Shown here: piece after piece, positions 1 to 9,722 of the stretch
How the letters are laid out: each line of letters opens with the position of its first letter
Position numbering within the stretch: the first letter of the stretch is position 1
DNA from: Paraglomus brasilianum
Lineage: Eukaryota
Direction of reading: 5' to 3'
NCBI GenBank assembly: GCA_910592345.1
Contig: CAJVPI010000323.1
Span: forward strand, 1 to 35,383
Length of the DNA: 35,383 nt
Position numbers and translations under genes: made by a program
The notes under the pieces: model-generated
The model's input: only the letters and a program-made list of their open reading frames with translations
Told to the model about the DNA's origin: nothing
Database searches by the model: none

Positions 1-596
1 TACGAGCTAAGCCTGGTAACATCCCCCGGTCGGCGAACACACCTACACGAAAAGATAAATCGCTCTCCCAAAAACCCCAATTTAATTCCCGACCGACCGT
101 AACAGAATGAAAAGATTTTGTGTCAATAGAAAGTTTGGTACTTTCACCGCCTAGTATTGTTTGTTTATAACAAAGAGATTCAGTGCCACCGACTCGATAA
201 CAACGCCGATTGCATATTTCAGTTCTAAGTATACAGCAGTGGTGGAAAATAATGCAATTACTTTAGTAAGATTTACATGCTCTCTATTTTGTTTACTATG
301 AAAAATATATAGAAAGTTACATCAGATAACAAATGTATAAATAAAAATAATATTTGAACCAACAACGCGTTCTTTGTTTGCTTTTGCAATAAAAAAAAAT
401 GCCTAATCAACTTACGTTGACCAACGACGTTCAAATGTGAAAAAAAAAAGAAAAAAAAAAAAAGGAATTCATGTATCTCAGCTTCATAAGATAACACGTA
501 TTCTCATATTAATATCCACTTTGTATAAATTATTATAGATCGACCAAAAATCCGCTATTAATAATGGTTAAATGGATGCGTTTGTGTGCATATACA

Positions 597-665
597 CAGT
601 AAAGTCCGCTTTAACGAAGGACCGTTTTAACAAAGATGGCCTTATAACGAAGCTTTTTCATGGAA
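597..665 (+). mobile_element. Solo Tc1/mariner (pogo-like) terminal repeat remnant
   Basis: CAGTAAAGTCCGCTTTAACGAAG followed by spaced sub-terminal repeats (ttaacgaag 611, ttaacaaag 627, ataacgaag 644), as in pogo-type TIRs. No partner TIR was seen. Confidence 0.4.
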
Positions 666-1084
666 CCGATTCATTCATATTATTATTGTTATTATCCTTA
701 TTATAAGCAAACCATGAAGCTTTACCAAGTAAGAGATAAGGCTAAAAGAGATATCTTTATTAACCTTATCCTGAAGAAAGTAAAAGATTATTTCAAAAGT
801 GGTTAAAAGAAGGCAAAATAGAAGATAATTTAACCCTAAAAGAAAAAGGTTATGAAGGGTGAGATTCAATCAAACGAAGTTGTTATAATTATTATGACAT
901 AAGACATCTTTCTCTTGATGAGAAGAGACAGAGAAAGCCTTAAATAAGGCTATATGGAATGGAGAAAACGTCAAATGGCTGAAGCAATGTTGAAATCACG
1001 ATGCAGCAATGGGAAAACTCCAGATTGAATAGATTTATTGGAAAATAATTTAGCTGCTAAAAATCAGGAAATAAACTGAAGGAC

Positions 1085-2470
1085 CCTACAATAAACACTT
1101 CAATCGAACTACCAAAATTTACCGCTGAAGATAGGTTATTTATTAAAATGTTGAAGAAGGCTGGCAGGATTTATCATTGGATGTATCGGCATCGGCAATA
1201 CTAAAACCATTGAAATTGTATAAAGGAATAATGGACACCTTGGGAGAACCTAACCGTATGCGATATTTGTAGCGACATCCGTCATGATTTTGGTAATCTG
1301 CCAGTGTATACGATGATGGAGTATCTATAGAACGCGTTATGGACAATGGTGCGGGTTCTGTAAGTACATGGGCACATATTCATGTTGCAGACCCATCGGC
1401 ATATATTCATCCAACACACAAGCTTGCTCGCTTGGCTAAATCACGTGCCCAGACGGTTTATTTTCCATGGAATGTTGCCGGGGAGTTTGAATGAGAAGCG
1501 ATTTAGTTTAGTGACCAAAACAAAAGATGGTGGACATAATGAGTTTTGGCGTTCGAATAGATGACAATGGGAATATAATGAACTATAAGGCACAACCGGG
1601 TACCAAATTGATACACTGTATTTGTCATTATTATCCGAACCCAGTAGCTTCGACGAAAAAGTTAGAGGGCTCTGTTCTGCTTGGACTCACAAGGACCTTC
1701 TAACAGGTTGCAAATTACATATGCAATATCAGCTACACAAGCCTTCCGCAGAAGTAACACTAGCACCCGCACCACGTCCATTACCATCAAATCCCATTAT
1801 AATAGAACAACCAATCTTCTATTCAGGTATTCCCGACATTCAAGTAACAGTTGATCGTAGCAATCACTCTTCAGCGCGTTCAATGGTGGCTGAGCTTATG
1901 ATAATGGCAGGACGAGCAATATTCCCATGATTTATAGGACTCAAGATCAACTTTATACGAAAACATCCTATCGAACGTCGATCCTGTGACAGAGTCTTGC
2001 CTATAAAGGAAATAGCAAAGATATGACCTATGATGGGAAGCATACAAATAACAACGGAAGCTGGTCCCAAAGTCACATTACCGTTACGGCGTTATGTTGA
2101 TATGCTAGCTCACTGGCAGATGAAGGCTCATCTTCTCGGACAGACGCCTCCGTTTTCGACAGATCTCAACAACCTAGCGCCATCTATAAGATCACGCGAA
2201 CGGACTGTCAAAGCGGTCAGCTTAAGAGCAACCAAGTATTGGGCATTATTTTTGGCTCAGCGTTTGCTACAGCAGGGAAAATCATTGGAATTTACAGCAT
2301 TCGTGTCGGAAGATATCGAGAAAGATACAAAGTCGTTTATGTAAAAGAATTCGGTGTTAATGCAAAACTTATCGAGGGAGATAAGTTGATGATTGGCGAC
2401 AGCGTTAATTCTTATACAGCCTATCAATAGTTATGCCGATCAAGTGAAACATATTAATATTGTTATATGA
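1085..2470 (+). pseudogene. RNB-domain (RNase II/R family) exoribonuclease pseudogene, Dss1/Cyt-4-like
   Basis: Motifs spread across frames: WTPWENL, DIRHDFGNLPVY, DDGVSIER, WAHIHVADPSAYIHP, SARSMVAELMIMAGR, KVTLPLRRYVDMLAHWQMKAHL, then an S1-like tail VYVKEFGVNAKL. Multiple stops, frameshifts and deletions. Confidence 0.85.
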
Positions 2471-2739
2471 CGTAAATGTATTGGTTAATGGGCCTGATGT
2501 CGGTTAGTGGCAACTCAAAAAGAAAAGCCGTTTATCTAAATTAGAGTCACATCAATATGCTGATTGACTTTCAACTTTAAAAGTAATAAAAGTAATATAT
2601 TTCTCTGTACTAGTACATTAATTTAATAAACTATTATTGTATACGCACCCCCTTAATTCTGAGAACATGAGCGAAGTTAAAAGGGAAGAAATGAACGTGT
2701 TTTTTTCTTTGTCCTACGTCCGCGATCAATTTCATCGTC

Positions 2740-3245
2740 TCTCCCCTCCCACAATGTACATCTCATTTGACAAGTCAAAACGCATGTCTGTCTGACCCAG
2801 CAAATGTTTGTCATCTCGAACAAAACGATGACCAGGAAATTATAAGTATCGCGAACTTTATTCACAGCATATAATTATAACAAACTCTATTTCTGGTTCT
2901 CGTAGAACTGTCCTTCCTGTGGCGCATTGTAACATTCCAAAGACAACACTTTTACGAAACGCGATATACTTTAAGCGTTATTCTTCTCCGTGACAAGTCT
3001 TGATGATCGACTTACTCTCTCCATTCGTTGTTGGGGAAAAAATATAGACAATGCTTGTATGAGAAATACAGCATAAAACCATCATGGACAAAATTATACT
3101 CTCTATTTCCTAGTGCCCGAATCTGAACGCAACCCTTAAACAATCTAACCAACGCGGACGTGTTTAAGCACAATAATCTCACACATATTCCTCGAGGCCA
3201 AAATATAAACATAGTTGGCATAGAACAATCAACCACAGAGAACCG
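2740..3245 (+). pseudogene. Decayed intron-encoded ORF, possibly a LAGLIDADG_2 homing endonuclease
   Basis: Lies directly upstream of group II intron domain V. Frame 1 is open from 2881 to 3255 only if TGA=Trp. Fragments in LAGLIDADG_2-like order across frames: HLTSQ..CLSD, LEQ, LFTAY, RTVLP, QHFYE, LDDR-LTLS, CLYEKYSIK. Confidence 0.35.
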
Positions 3246-3248
3246 TGA

Positions 3249-3304
3249 AAGCCGTTGATGGGGAAACTATCACGTACGGTTCGGGAAGGAGCTTCTGCTT
3301 ATAT
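3249..3304 (+). ncRNA. Group II intron domain V plus degenerate domain VI (probable NUMT relic)
   Basis: 34-nt AAGCCGTTGATGGGGAAACTATCACGTACGGTTC with an AGC triad, GAAA loop, CG bulge and paired stems, followed by GGGAAGGAG...CTGCTTATAT. It translates as the typical GKLSRTVR read-through peptide. Confidence 0.85.
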
Positions 3305-3309
3305 GCTGG

Positions 3310-3790
3310 TACCAATCATACATAATGCTTTAACAATCATAGTCGTAAATCAGTTGGAGATTATTTTTGGTCTCAAAGTATTAAGCACATCTTCTTCAGT
3401 AAGGCTAGAAAGTTCTTCATACCATGAAACACATGTTGTAACATTGAAACCACTAGTGTAGTCAGCCATCGATAGAGGTGGGCCTAGAAGCTGATCCCAT
3501 AGTCCAGTGTTATTGGGATTCAGATACTCATTACTGAAAACATCGTATCCATCTGCTAATAAAAAGAACTTTTACTAGGACTCACCCTTTCGCGCCATAG
3601 AGTGGATCATCCTTGTCTCTAACAGTATCAAGTGTCTTTTTAACTAAGCCGATACAATCATCAAGGCTTTGGACAGCATTCATATCGATAGCATAATCTT
3701 CAATAAGCTGCTCGTCTGTTTTATCTCCAAGATATAATGCATAGATTTGGTAGAATTCTTGACATGATATCATTGAGATTATTCCCTGTT
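3310..3790 (-). pseudogene. AAA-ATPase-like domain (PF09820-type) gene fragment
   Basis: Minus-strand peptides GAKG / FLLADGYDVFSNEYL (degenerate Walker B, DEYD) and PLSMADYTSGFNVTTCVSWYEELSSLTEEDV, which match this family's conserved blocks. Internal deletions and stops. Confidence 0.65.
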
Positions 3791-4179
3791 GGTAGAGCGC
3801 TCGGCCTTAAGTGCAAGAACTATAATTTCCCCTCTCTCAATGCAAGCTCTGGTACCATTAAATATTTTACGCGTGATGTAATTTAACAATAAATAGATTA
3901 TTGGCCTCCAACTCTCTGTTTATCGTAAAAACATATTTATGTGATTTATAATTCTCACAAATTTGTGATTTACGTTACCCGTCGTTTTTTTCACCATCAA
4001 ATGAGCCAAGATTGTACATCAGAATCATTTCGAATCCAGTAAATTTGTTGGAGTTCAGCTCCTACAAACAAAGAAACCACGCTCTCGATCTCACAATTTT
4101 ATCTCCCTGGCCTCCGCTCTCAACCACACGACTCAACGATGCAGAGTAAGAAATCCGATCGGGCTGTCATCCAACAGAA

Positions 4180-4565
4180 ATCCAGTCTTCGTTGAGATTG
4201 AATTGGACAAATTGATACGGTAAATAATAAATCTCGACTACAAGCTGTCTTTGACTGAAGTTATAATAGGAATATATACAAACACCTCATGTACTTAGGT
4301 AGACTTGCTCACGTAGCTTGGAAATAGAGTCCTAACTCGGTCTACTAACTTTTGCAACAAAAAAGCGGACCTTCAAGACAATATCCGAAGTACGTGATTT
4401 TGATACCTTCACACCCGTTTTGAATTTTCTCTTCCATAAATGAATTATCGACAGCGTTGACATTTCCGAGATATGTCATGAGTATCGGATGTCAGCCAGT
4501 CTTTGTTGTGGAGGTCAAAAATTTGCATTCTCATATGAAGAAAAGCACTGGGAGAATATAGACTC
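4180..4565 (+). pseudogene. Degenerate PD-(D/E)xK (Crinkler-type nuclease-like) fragment
   Basis: FPRYVMSIGCQPVFVVEVK at about 4465-4520 resembles PD...EVK. Several stops. Confidence 0.3.
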
Positions 4566-5233
4566 AAACAAGTTGTTGGGCTAAACTTATTGATACTCAA
4601 TATAAACTATGCAACAACTCTGCTGAACTGCAATCCCACTTTAGTTTGCAACGGCTTGTCAGTTGAGCTCCGTTGGTTTTAATTTATTTTTCAAATTTTC
4701 TTTTTGCTTTTCCAAGTTTGGTGCGGGCTTTCTTCTTTCACTAAACCTAATTTTGCCCTCGACAATGAAGAACTTTCCTTTTCACTTCCCGATTAAATCC
4801 TTCTGACAATTCCAATTCTCGATTTTTCCTTGAGTTTCAATAATTTTTTTTTATCTTGCTCGATTTTTTCTTTATTCCTTTTTTCTTCTTCTTGGTAGAA
4901 TGATAATTTAATAGGAACAAAAACTCTGCTCCCTCCACAAGTTCACTTTTTCTTCTTCTTGACCTAGAAAAAACCTGCGTCAATATACTTATACTATAAA
5001 AATAACAGTAGCCTATTTTCAGTTTTTTCTTTCTCGGAAAGAAGTTAGGGAAGTTGCTTCTTCTTTCATTTGCCATAGAATAATTTCTTTTAACTTGTCT
5101 ATTAGCAAATCATATTTTTGTGCTAAATAATCTCTTTCTTCTTGGAGAATAGTTTCTTCATTGAAAAAACGAATACTATTTGGGGCATGCTTGCAGATGG
5201 CTGGTGTGACTGAGAAGACATTAATATAATATA

Positions 5234-5372
5234 CAGTCAACCCTCTCTATAGTCACGCTGTCAGGAACAACCTATAAGTTCAATAGTAATTGGTTCTCAA
5301 ACGTGGTGCGCTTATAAAGAGAGTTTTATATTATGTGCTTATAGAGGGGGTGACTATAAAGAGGGATGACTG
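5234..5372. mobile_element. 139-bp Tc1/mariner-type MITE
   Basis: 23-bp TIRs matching at 21/23 (CAGTCAACCCTCTCTATAGTCAC ... GTGACTATAAAGAGGGATGACTG), with TA on both flanks (5232-33, 5373-74) and internal ttata(a/g)ag repeats. Confidence 0.9.
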
Positions 5373-5539
5373 TAACTGATGATGTCACCCAAACGATTAA
5401 TGATTATAATTAGTAGGGATCAGCAGAATTCTTGTCACATCATGCCGATACAAAGCGAGGACGCTCCACGACAATCCAAACACCTCGCCAGAGACGACTC
5501 GGTCCTCGCAGCAACGGTCAGTAATCTTTTCCAGTTCTG

Positions 5540-6520
5540 ATGGCAGGTACAGCACCAGCAACGTATTCGGCTCCAGCTCTGGCGGGTATGACTTCTGGGT
5601 TCAAGAACATCCACCTTGACGTATTGAGAGTGAGAGTCAACCCAGCGTCTGCTGAGAGCGATATTATACCCACGGTTGAAGGTACATTGTATCAGGTAGT
5701 CTTCTCAGAAAACATAATCTAATAATTACTTAATAAATTCCAGGCACAGCCATTCCAGAGGAATATGTTCGTCCCGATATCATACCTGCAACACTTAAAC
5801 GCGAAGACTTCAATGTTGAAAATATTGACAGAAATGAAGTTCGCACATTCTTTGCGAATTTGCACGATGTTGCGATGTATGGCATGATGGTGGTGGGAAC
5901 GGAGGGAGCTTTGACTGATACGCTTGTGAACAGTCTACTGCACATCGTTGAACTGCAGACGTGGCCCTTAAGGATCAAGTCAGTATCTGGGTTTAGCCCT
6001 GTTTTGATAATTAGATAAATAGAATGGTTCTAAAATTACGTTTTCAAAATCCAGACTGCATCCCTTCTGCCAATTCTACATTGCGGATTCCCATGTATCA
6101 TCAGATCCTGAATTTGTGATAACGAAAAGAAACATCTTTGTAGTGGTGGCAGAGGACAAACATTTGAAAAGCGTCAGGCCAAGCACCGGATTCGGAGAAT
6201 CCCAAATCTGTGCGGAGATTCTCGCTTGTGCATATGAGAATATACGTGATAAGTATCAATATCGGGATCAGACGTTATGGGCCGTTCGCACAATTTCGCA
6301 TTATGTTACGTTTTATAAGGCCGATATTTCTGCTGCGTATTTGAAAGAACTTGAAAAAGGAGTGCCACAAAAAGAGTATCTTGATGTTCAAAGATGGCCG
6401 GGTAAGAATGCTCCTAGGCGCGGTCTCGATCTTGCTCAACCGGCCGGAAGGCGAGCGGTATTGAAAATATTAGTCCGAATTCGGGAATCACTTTTGCACG
6501 AAGACGACGACGAAGACAAA

Positions 6521-6576
<56 letters not shown>

Positions 6577-6580
6577 ATAG
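5540..6580 (+). CDS. 3-exon hypothetical protein, PD-(D/E)xK-like fold, poly-Asp tail (exons 5540-5681, 5744-5978, 6055-6580)
   Basis: GT-AG introns keep the frame open. Motifs SDPEFVI..VVAEDKHL..GFGESQICAEILAC and VTFYKA..RWPG..GLDLAQPAGRRAVL resemble a family expanded in Glomeromycota/Endogonales. The 5' start is uncertain. Confidence 0.75.
6521..6574 (+). repeat. (GACGAT)9 perfect microsatellite encoding 18 Asp
   Basis: Read directly from the sequence. Confidence 0.95.
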
Positions 6581-6899
6581 CTATCTGATAGCTTCGTTTT
6601 TGTCTGTCGCTGATGATAACGTGATGGGTAGGGTCAATTAATTTTACGTTAAAAATAAGTATTTTCATACAATTCGCATTTCTCGACGACTTTCTACGCA
6701 AATTTAAACAAAGAAACCCAGAAGTTCAAACAAGAGTTAGCAGAGCAAAAACAACCTTAGAGGAGTAAAAAAAGTTTATCAGTGAGAAAGAATCTGTTGT
6801 AATGAATAAACAACATGTCATTTCGTGTGAAACCAATCATCAGTTTGGTTTTACAGCGAAAACATGAAACAAAGAGCATAATAAACTAATAAAAATTAA

Positions 6900-8110
6900 T
6901 ATATAGGATTACCCGTATATAAAGAATAATGAACCTAATAGTTCCAACAGCGAATATGAAAAAGCAATATGTTTCTTGGAAATAGGTTGCAATTGCGGCT
7001 GCTCAAAAAAGATTTCAAGAAAAGGGTTTGCCGAATTACGTGAAGCTTTTCAAGCCCTCTCTAGACCTGAGCAAGATATATTTGTAATGGCTCAGCTAAA
7101 AGCAATGAATGGTGGGAGATAACTACCAGCCGACGTCTTAAAAAGAAACGCGTACTAATAAGCGAACGTTTTACTATTGAGATCGCAATATGCCGCTTTG
7201 TCAGAAAACGTATCTCAATATGTTAGGAATTGGTCGCGCTCACTTCAAAAACGTTAGAAACCAAAATAACCATTGATATAGCCGCCGTAAAGAATTTTCT
7301 CGAAAATTATGCTGAAATTCATGGATTACCAAGTCCTGGTAGAAATGTAAATCGAACTACTCAATCGCTTACACTGTTGCCAGCCGAAACGAGTTACAAA
7401 TCGGTCTATCGCAATTTTATTGCAGGTCTCGAAAATGATAGCGCGTTGAATTGTTAAAATATGATGCGTTCCGTAAGTTATGGCACCAATTAACGCCTTA
7501 TATTCAAATCATGAGTCCAAGAACTGATTTATGTGACTCGTGCCAACATTTTCGGAACGGCTTACAGTATAATGCTCGCAAGGAAGAAGAAGCAAAAAAT
7601 TTCTGAAAAAATACAAAGAACATTTATTTAAGGCTAAATTAGAAAGAAATTATTACAACAAAAATACAAAATTAGCAAAACAGCAGAGAAAATTGGTAGA
7701 TAGGCATTTTATAATAAAAGGTAAAGCTGATTATTGTAGCGTTGATGCTGCTGCTCATTACAGTTACGATTTAGCACAAAATGTTCACGTTCCGCATTCC
7801 GATCAACAGGTAAGTAAAATTTATTATCTCAGTCCGCGTAAAATACATTTATTTGGTATTCAAGATGAAGCAGTACGCGAACAAATTAATTATGTTCTCG
7901 ATGAAGACAAAATTATTGGCAAAAGCCCTAACGGCACACTAAGCGTGGTATTTGATGGGATTAAGAGATTGAATAAAGGTGAATATTACTTGTGACAACA
8001 CGGGTGGTCAGAATAAAAATAATGTTACTATTTGATTTCACCTATATATAATAATTTGCGGTTATTATAAAAGTATCAAATTAATTTTATGATACCTGGG
8101 CATACTAAAT
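6900..8110 (+). mobile_element. Decayed Sola-like (DUF7869-type) DDD transposase
   Basis: Motifs PRTDLCDSC, HYSYDLAQNVHVP, YYLSPRKIHLFGI, DE..IGKSPN, CDNTGGQNKN and FMIPGHTK in the expected order. Frameshifted and truncated right after GHTK. Confidence 0.7.
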
Positions 8111-9135
8111 ATTTTTGTAGTTCTTCTCAAATTTTTCTTTTTTTCTTTCGACAAAAGAGAGAGATTTAACTTTTTTACTAAGATGCGGCTGAAGTTAACT
8201 AATTTGACTAATGACATTTGAATACTCACCGGTTTAAATTAATATTATGTCAAAATGTTCAACTTATTGAGTAACCTTCTATCTAAAATTAATATAGTAA
8301 TAGGGCTATCTCCACAATGGAACCCAAAAATTACACATCAGAAGTATTTTAAAGAAAGAACAAGGCTCGAAAATTGCTCCATATTAAAATCAATGATACC
8401 GGAATATCTAGAAAGAAAAAATCACTTATGAAATTTACCAAGAAGAACAAAAAATAATAGTCAATAAACGAACATTAACCCCAACTTACAATGAACGAAA
8501 AAGAAACGAAAATATAAAGCAAATAGCTGCTCGGTTCGTTGTGCCCCAATTGGGATATTTGATCGACGAATCAAATCCCGATCGGGCACCTGATAAATAA
8601 GACGACCCCCGACACTTATTTCGTCTTAGAAAAAATCTTTCCAGCATCGATATTGAAACAATTTATCCTATAAAAAAAGCAAACAACAAATCGTTTAAGG
8701 CCTTCACCAACAAAAAAACCAATTCGATATGGAAGGACAACCCACAGCGGGAAGAAGAAAGCGCGCAGGTTTCGACATCGAGAAAAACGATCGAAGCGCT
8801 TAAAAAATGGGTAGATAAAGAAAGGAGGAGTGAAGTTAAATATGTTAATAAAATATGTAGCATAACTACATACACTACATGGCGCAACCAACCGTTCCAT
8901 AATACTACACCACACGACGACGCAACCAACCGTCATATACATACACGACATGTGCCATTGCGAATTAGGATTTCTATTCCTGGTACTAGAAGAGAGGGAC
9001 GCCGACAGCCATTTGTCGTATAGGCAAAGGCAAGTACCGGCCTGCGCACACATAACATACAAGGAGCTGCTCGATATGGCAGGCATAGTACAGGGATACT
9101 CATCGATGGCTTTGGGTCCGAGTATTTCCTCCCAT

Positions 9136-9292
9136 GAAGCATCAGAAGCATCAGAAGCATCAGAAGCATCAGAAGCATCAGAAGCATCAGAAGCATCAGC
9201 ACGAGCATCAGCACGAGCATCAGCACCATCAGAAGCATCAGCACCAGCATAAGCACCAGCATCAGAAGCATCAGCACCAGCATCATCAGCAT
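9136..9292 (+). repeat. (GAAGCATCA)n minisatellite grading into GCAC(G/C)AGCATCA variants
   Basis: Seven perfect 9-mers followed by 9- and 12-mer variants. This explains the overlapping low-complexity ORFs. Confidence 0.9.
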
Positions 9293-9413
9293 ATAGTATT
9301 GTCAGAAATGCAGTCATGCAATCTGTCGAACAGCTGGTTCGGGCAGCAATGGACTTTGGCATCTTGTGCGCGCTGCCGCCCTTGAGCAAGATACATGCAA
9401 AACTGTCTTTATA

Positions 9414-9532
9414 CAGAGTATCCGCTTGTTTTTTTTGTACAATTTTTAGATACTGTTTTTATACAGTTTCTAAAAATTGTACAAAAAAAAACACGCTAAT
9501 TGTACAAAAAAAACACACACACGGATACTCTG
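9414..9532. mobile_element. Fold-back MITE, mariner-like ends
   Basis: Terminal IR CAGAGTATCCG...CGGATACTCTG, with TA on the left and TT on the right. Contains a near-perfect internal hairpin of about 30 bp (9424-9496) and a duplicated AATTGTACAAAAAAAACAC. Confidence 0.75.
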
Positions 9533-9722
9533 TTCGTGGAATATTACTCCTTCAAAAATATTCTTCGGTAAGGTAATTCGGTTTCTCCGCTAAACGGACC
9601 CGAATTCTTTTTTGTGGTCAAGGATCCAGCCGAGCAACAAATAACCAACGAGTTCCAGTTCAACAGAGTCATTCAGTCAATGATGTGAATGAACGCTTCG
9701 AGGGCAACTCAAAAAAAAAACC

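Noticed and set aside
1..104. Possible LTR terminus (...CCGTAACA)
   Set aside because: Only a terminal motif at the window edge. No second LTR, PBS, PPT or TSD is visible.
237..265. CAGTGGTGGAAAA, a hAT-like terminal sequence
   Set aside because: No matching inverted end or 8-bp TSD found.
6414..6701. ORF with an HR repeat
   Set aside because: It is the antisense reading of the (GACGAT)n poly-Asp tail.
8300..8840. Possible 3' end of a non-LTR retrotransposon ORF2 (NSIWKDNP..., IEALKKWVDKE)
   Set aside because: The resemblance is weak and no RT, RNase H or CCHC motif is recoverable.
8616..9389. Several overlapping ORFs (257, 119, 100 and 83 aa)
   Set aside because: The open frames come from a stop-poor 9-bp minisatellite. 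No domain signal.
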